This document shows positions 63,526 through 64,000 of a DNA stretch of 64,000 bases, piece after piece. How positions within the stretch are numbered: the first letter of the stretch is position 1; each line of letters opens with the position of its first letter. The stretch lies in contig NC_043018.1 in NCBI RefSeq assembly GCF_006345805.1, positions 1,302,001 to 1,366,000 of the forward strand, read 5' to 3'. The notes under the pieces were generated by a model, which was given only the letters and a program-made list of their open reading frames with translations, was not told the origin of the DNA and did no database searches. This stretch comes from Octopus sinensis. Lineage: Eukaryota. The position numbers and the translations under genes were made by a program.

Positions 63526-64000
63526 TGTGTGGTGTGTGTGTGTATGTGTGTGTGTGTGTCTGTGTGTGTGTGTGTAGATAGATAGATAGATAGATAATTA
63601 CATACATACATAGGTAGATATAAATATACTTATATATATATATATACATATAAACATATATACTTACATTGTTTTACTTCTCTTCCAATCAAGCCATGGA
63701 ACATTGAAATAATACATAATTTTAGCTCCTAGCAATCAACTTCTGCATATAAATCAAAATCAAAACTTGGGATAGGTCTTTTCCTCTATAACAAGTACAT
63801 ACATTGTGTGTGTTAGTATATATATGCATACATATATACATATATATATATGTGTGTGTATACAACTATACACACATATATATATAAATATACGTATAAA
63901 TGTATGTATATATATGTGTGTGTCTGTGTATGTGTTTGTGTGTTAGAGTATGTATATATTCATATAAAAGTGTATATAAATTTCATACAGAGAAATGTAG

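Overview
AT-rich eukaryotic genomic DNA, most likely an octopus. This is inferred from three tRNA-headed SINE families and the (TA)n/(GATA)n/(ATT)n/(TAG)n microsatellite load; it was not verified by a search. No complete protein-coding gene, rRNA, true tRNA or CRISPR array is supported, and almost all ORFs in the supplied track are microsatellite or SINE artefacts. The window reads as intronic or intergenic sequence saturated with mobile elements: about 30 SINE copies (several with clear target-site duplications), a Tx1/L1-like LINE 3' end, R4/Dong-like LINE remnants, an RTE RT fragment, a decayed Gypsy gag-protease-RT, a deleted mariner, mariner-type MITEs, Helitron derivatives and many Penelope-like (PLE) fragments. 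Four signals stand out. (1) Eight minimal type I hammerhead-ribozyme motifs in PLE ends: one has a fully canonical core and intact stems, and several carry recurrent or compensatory core variants (CCGAAGA, CTGTNGA, GTGAACA). (2) Plus-strand splice signals define a 9-nt microexon, a 16/13-nt microexon and a possible 1-nt exon, suggesting the window lies inside a large-intron gene. (3) A ~98% identical head-to-head Helitron pair and several other closely spaced inverted repeats. (4) Tandem SINE multimers. Family names A-D are local labels. All family calls come from motif recognition by eye, not database searches.
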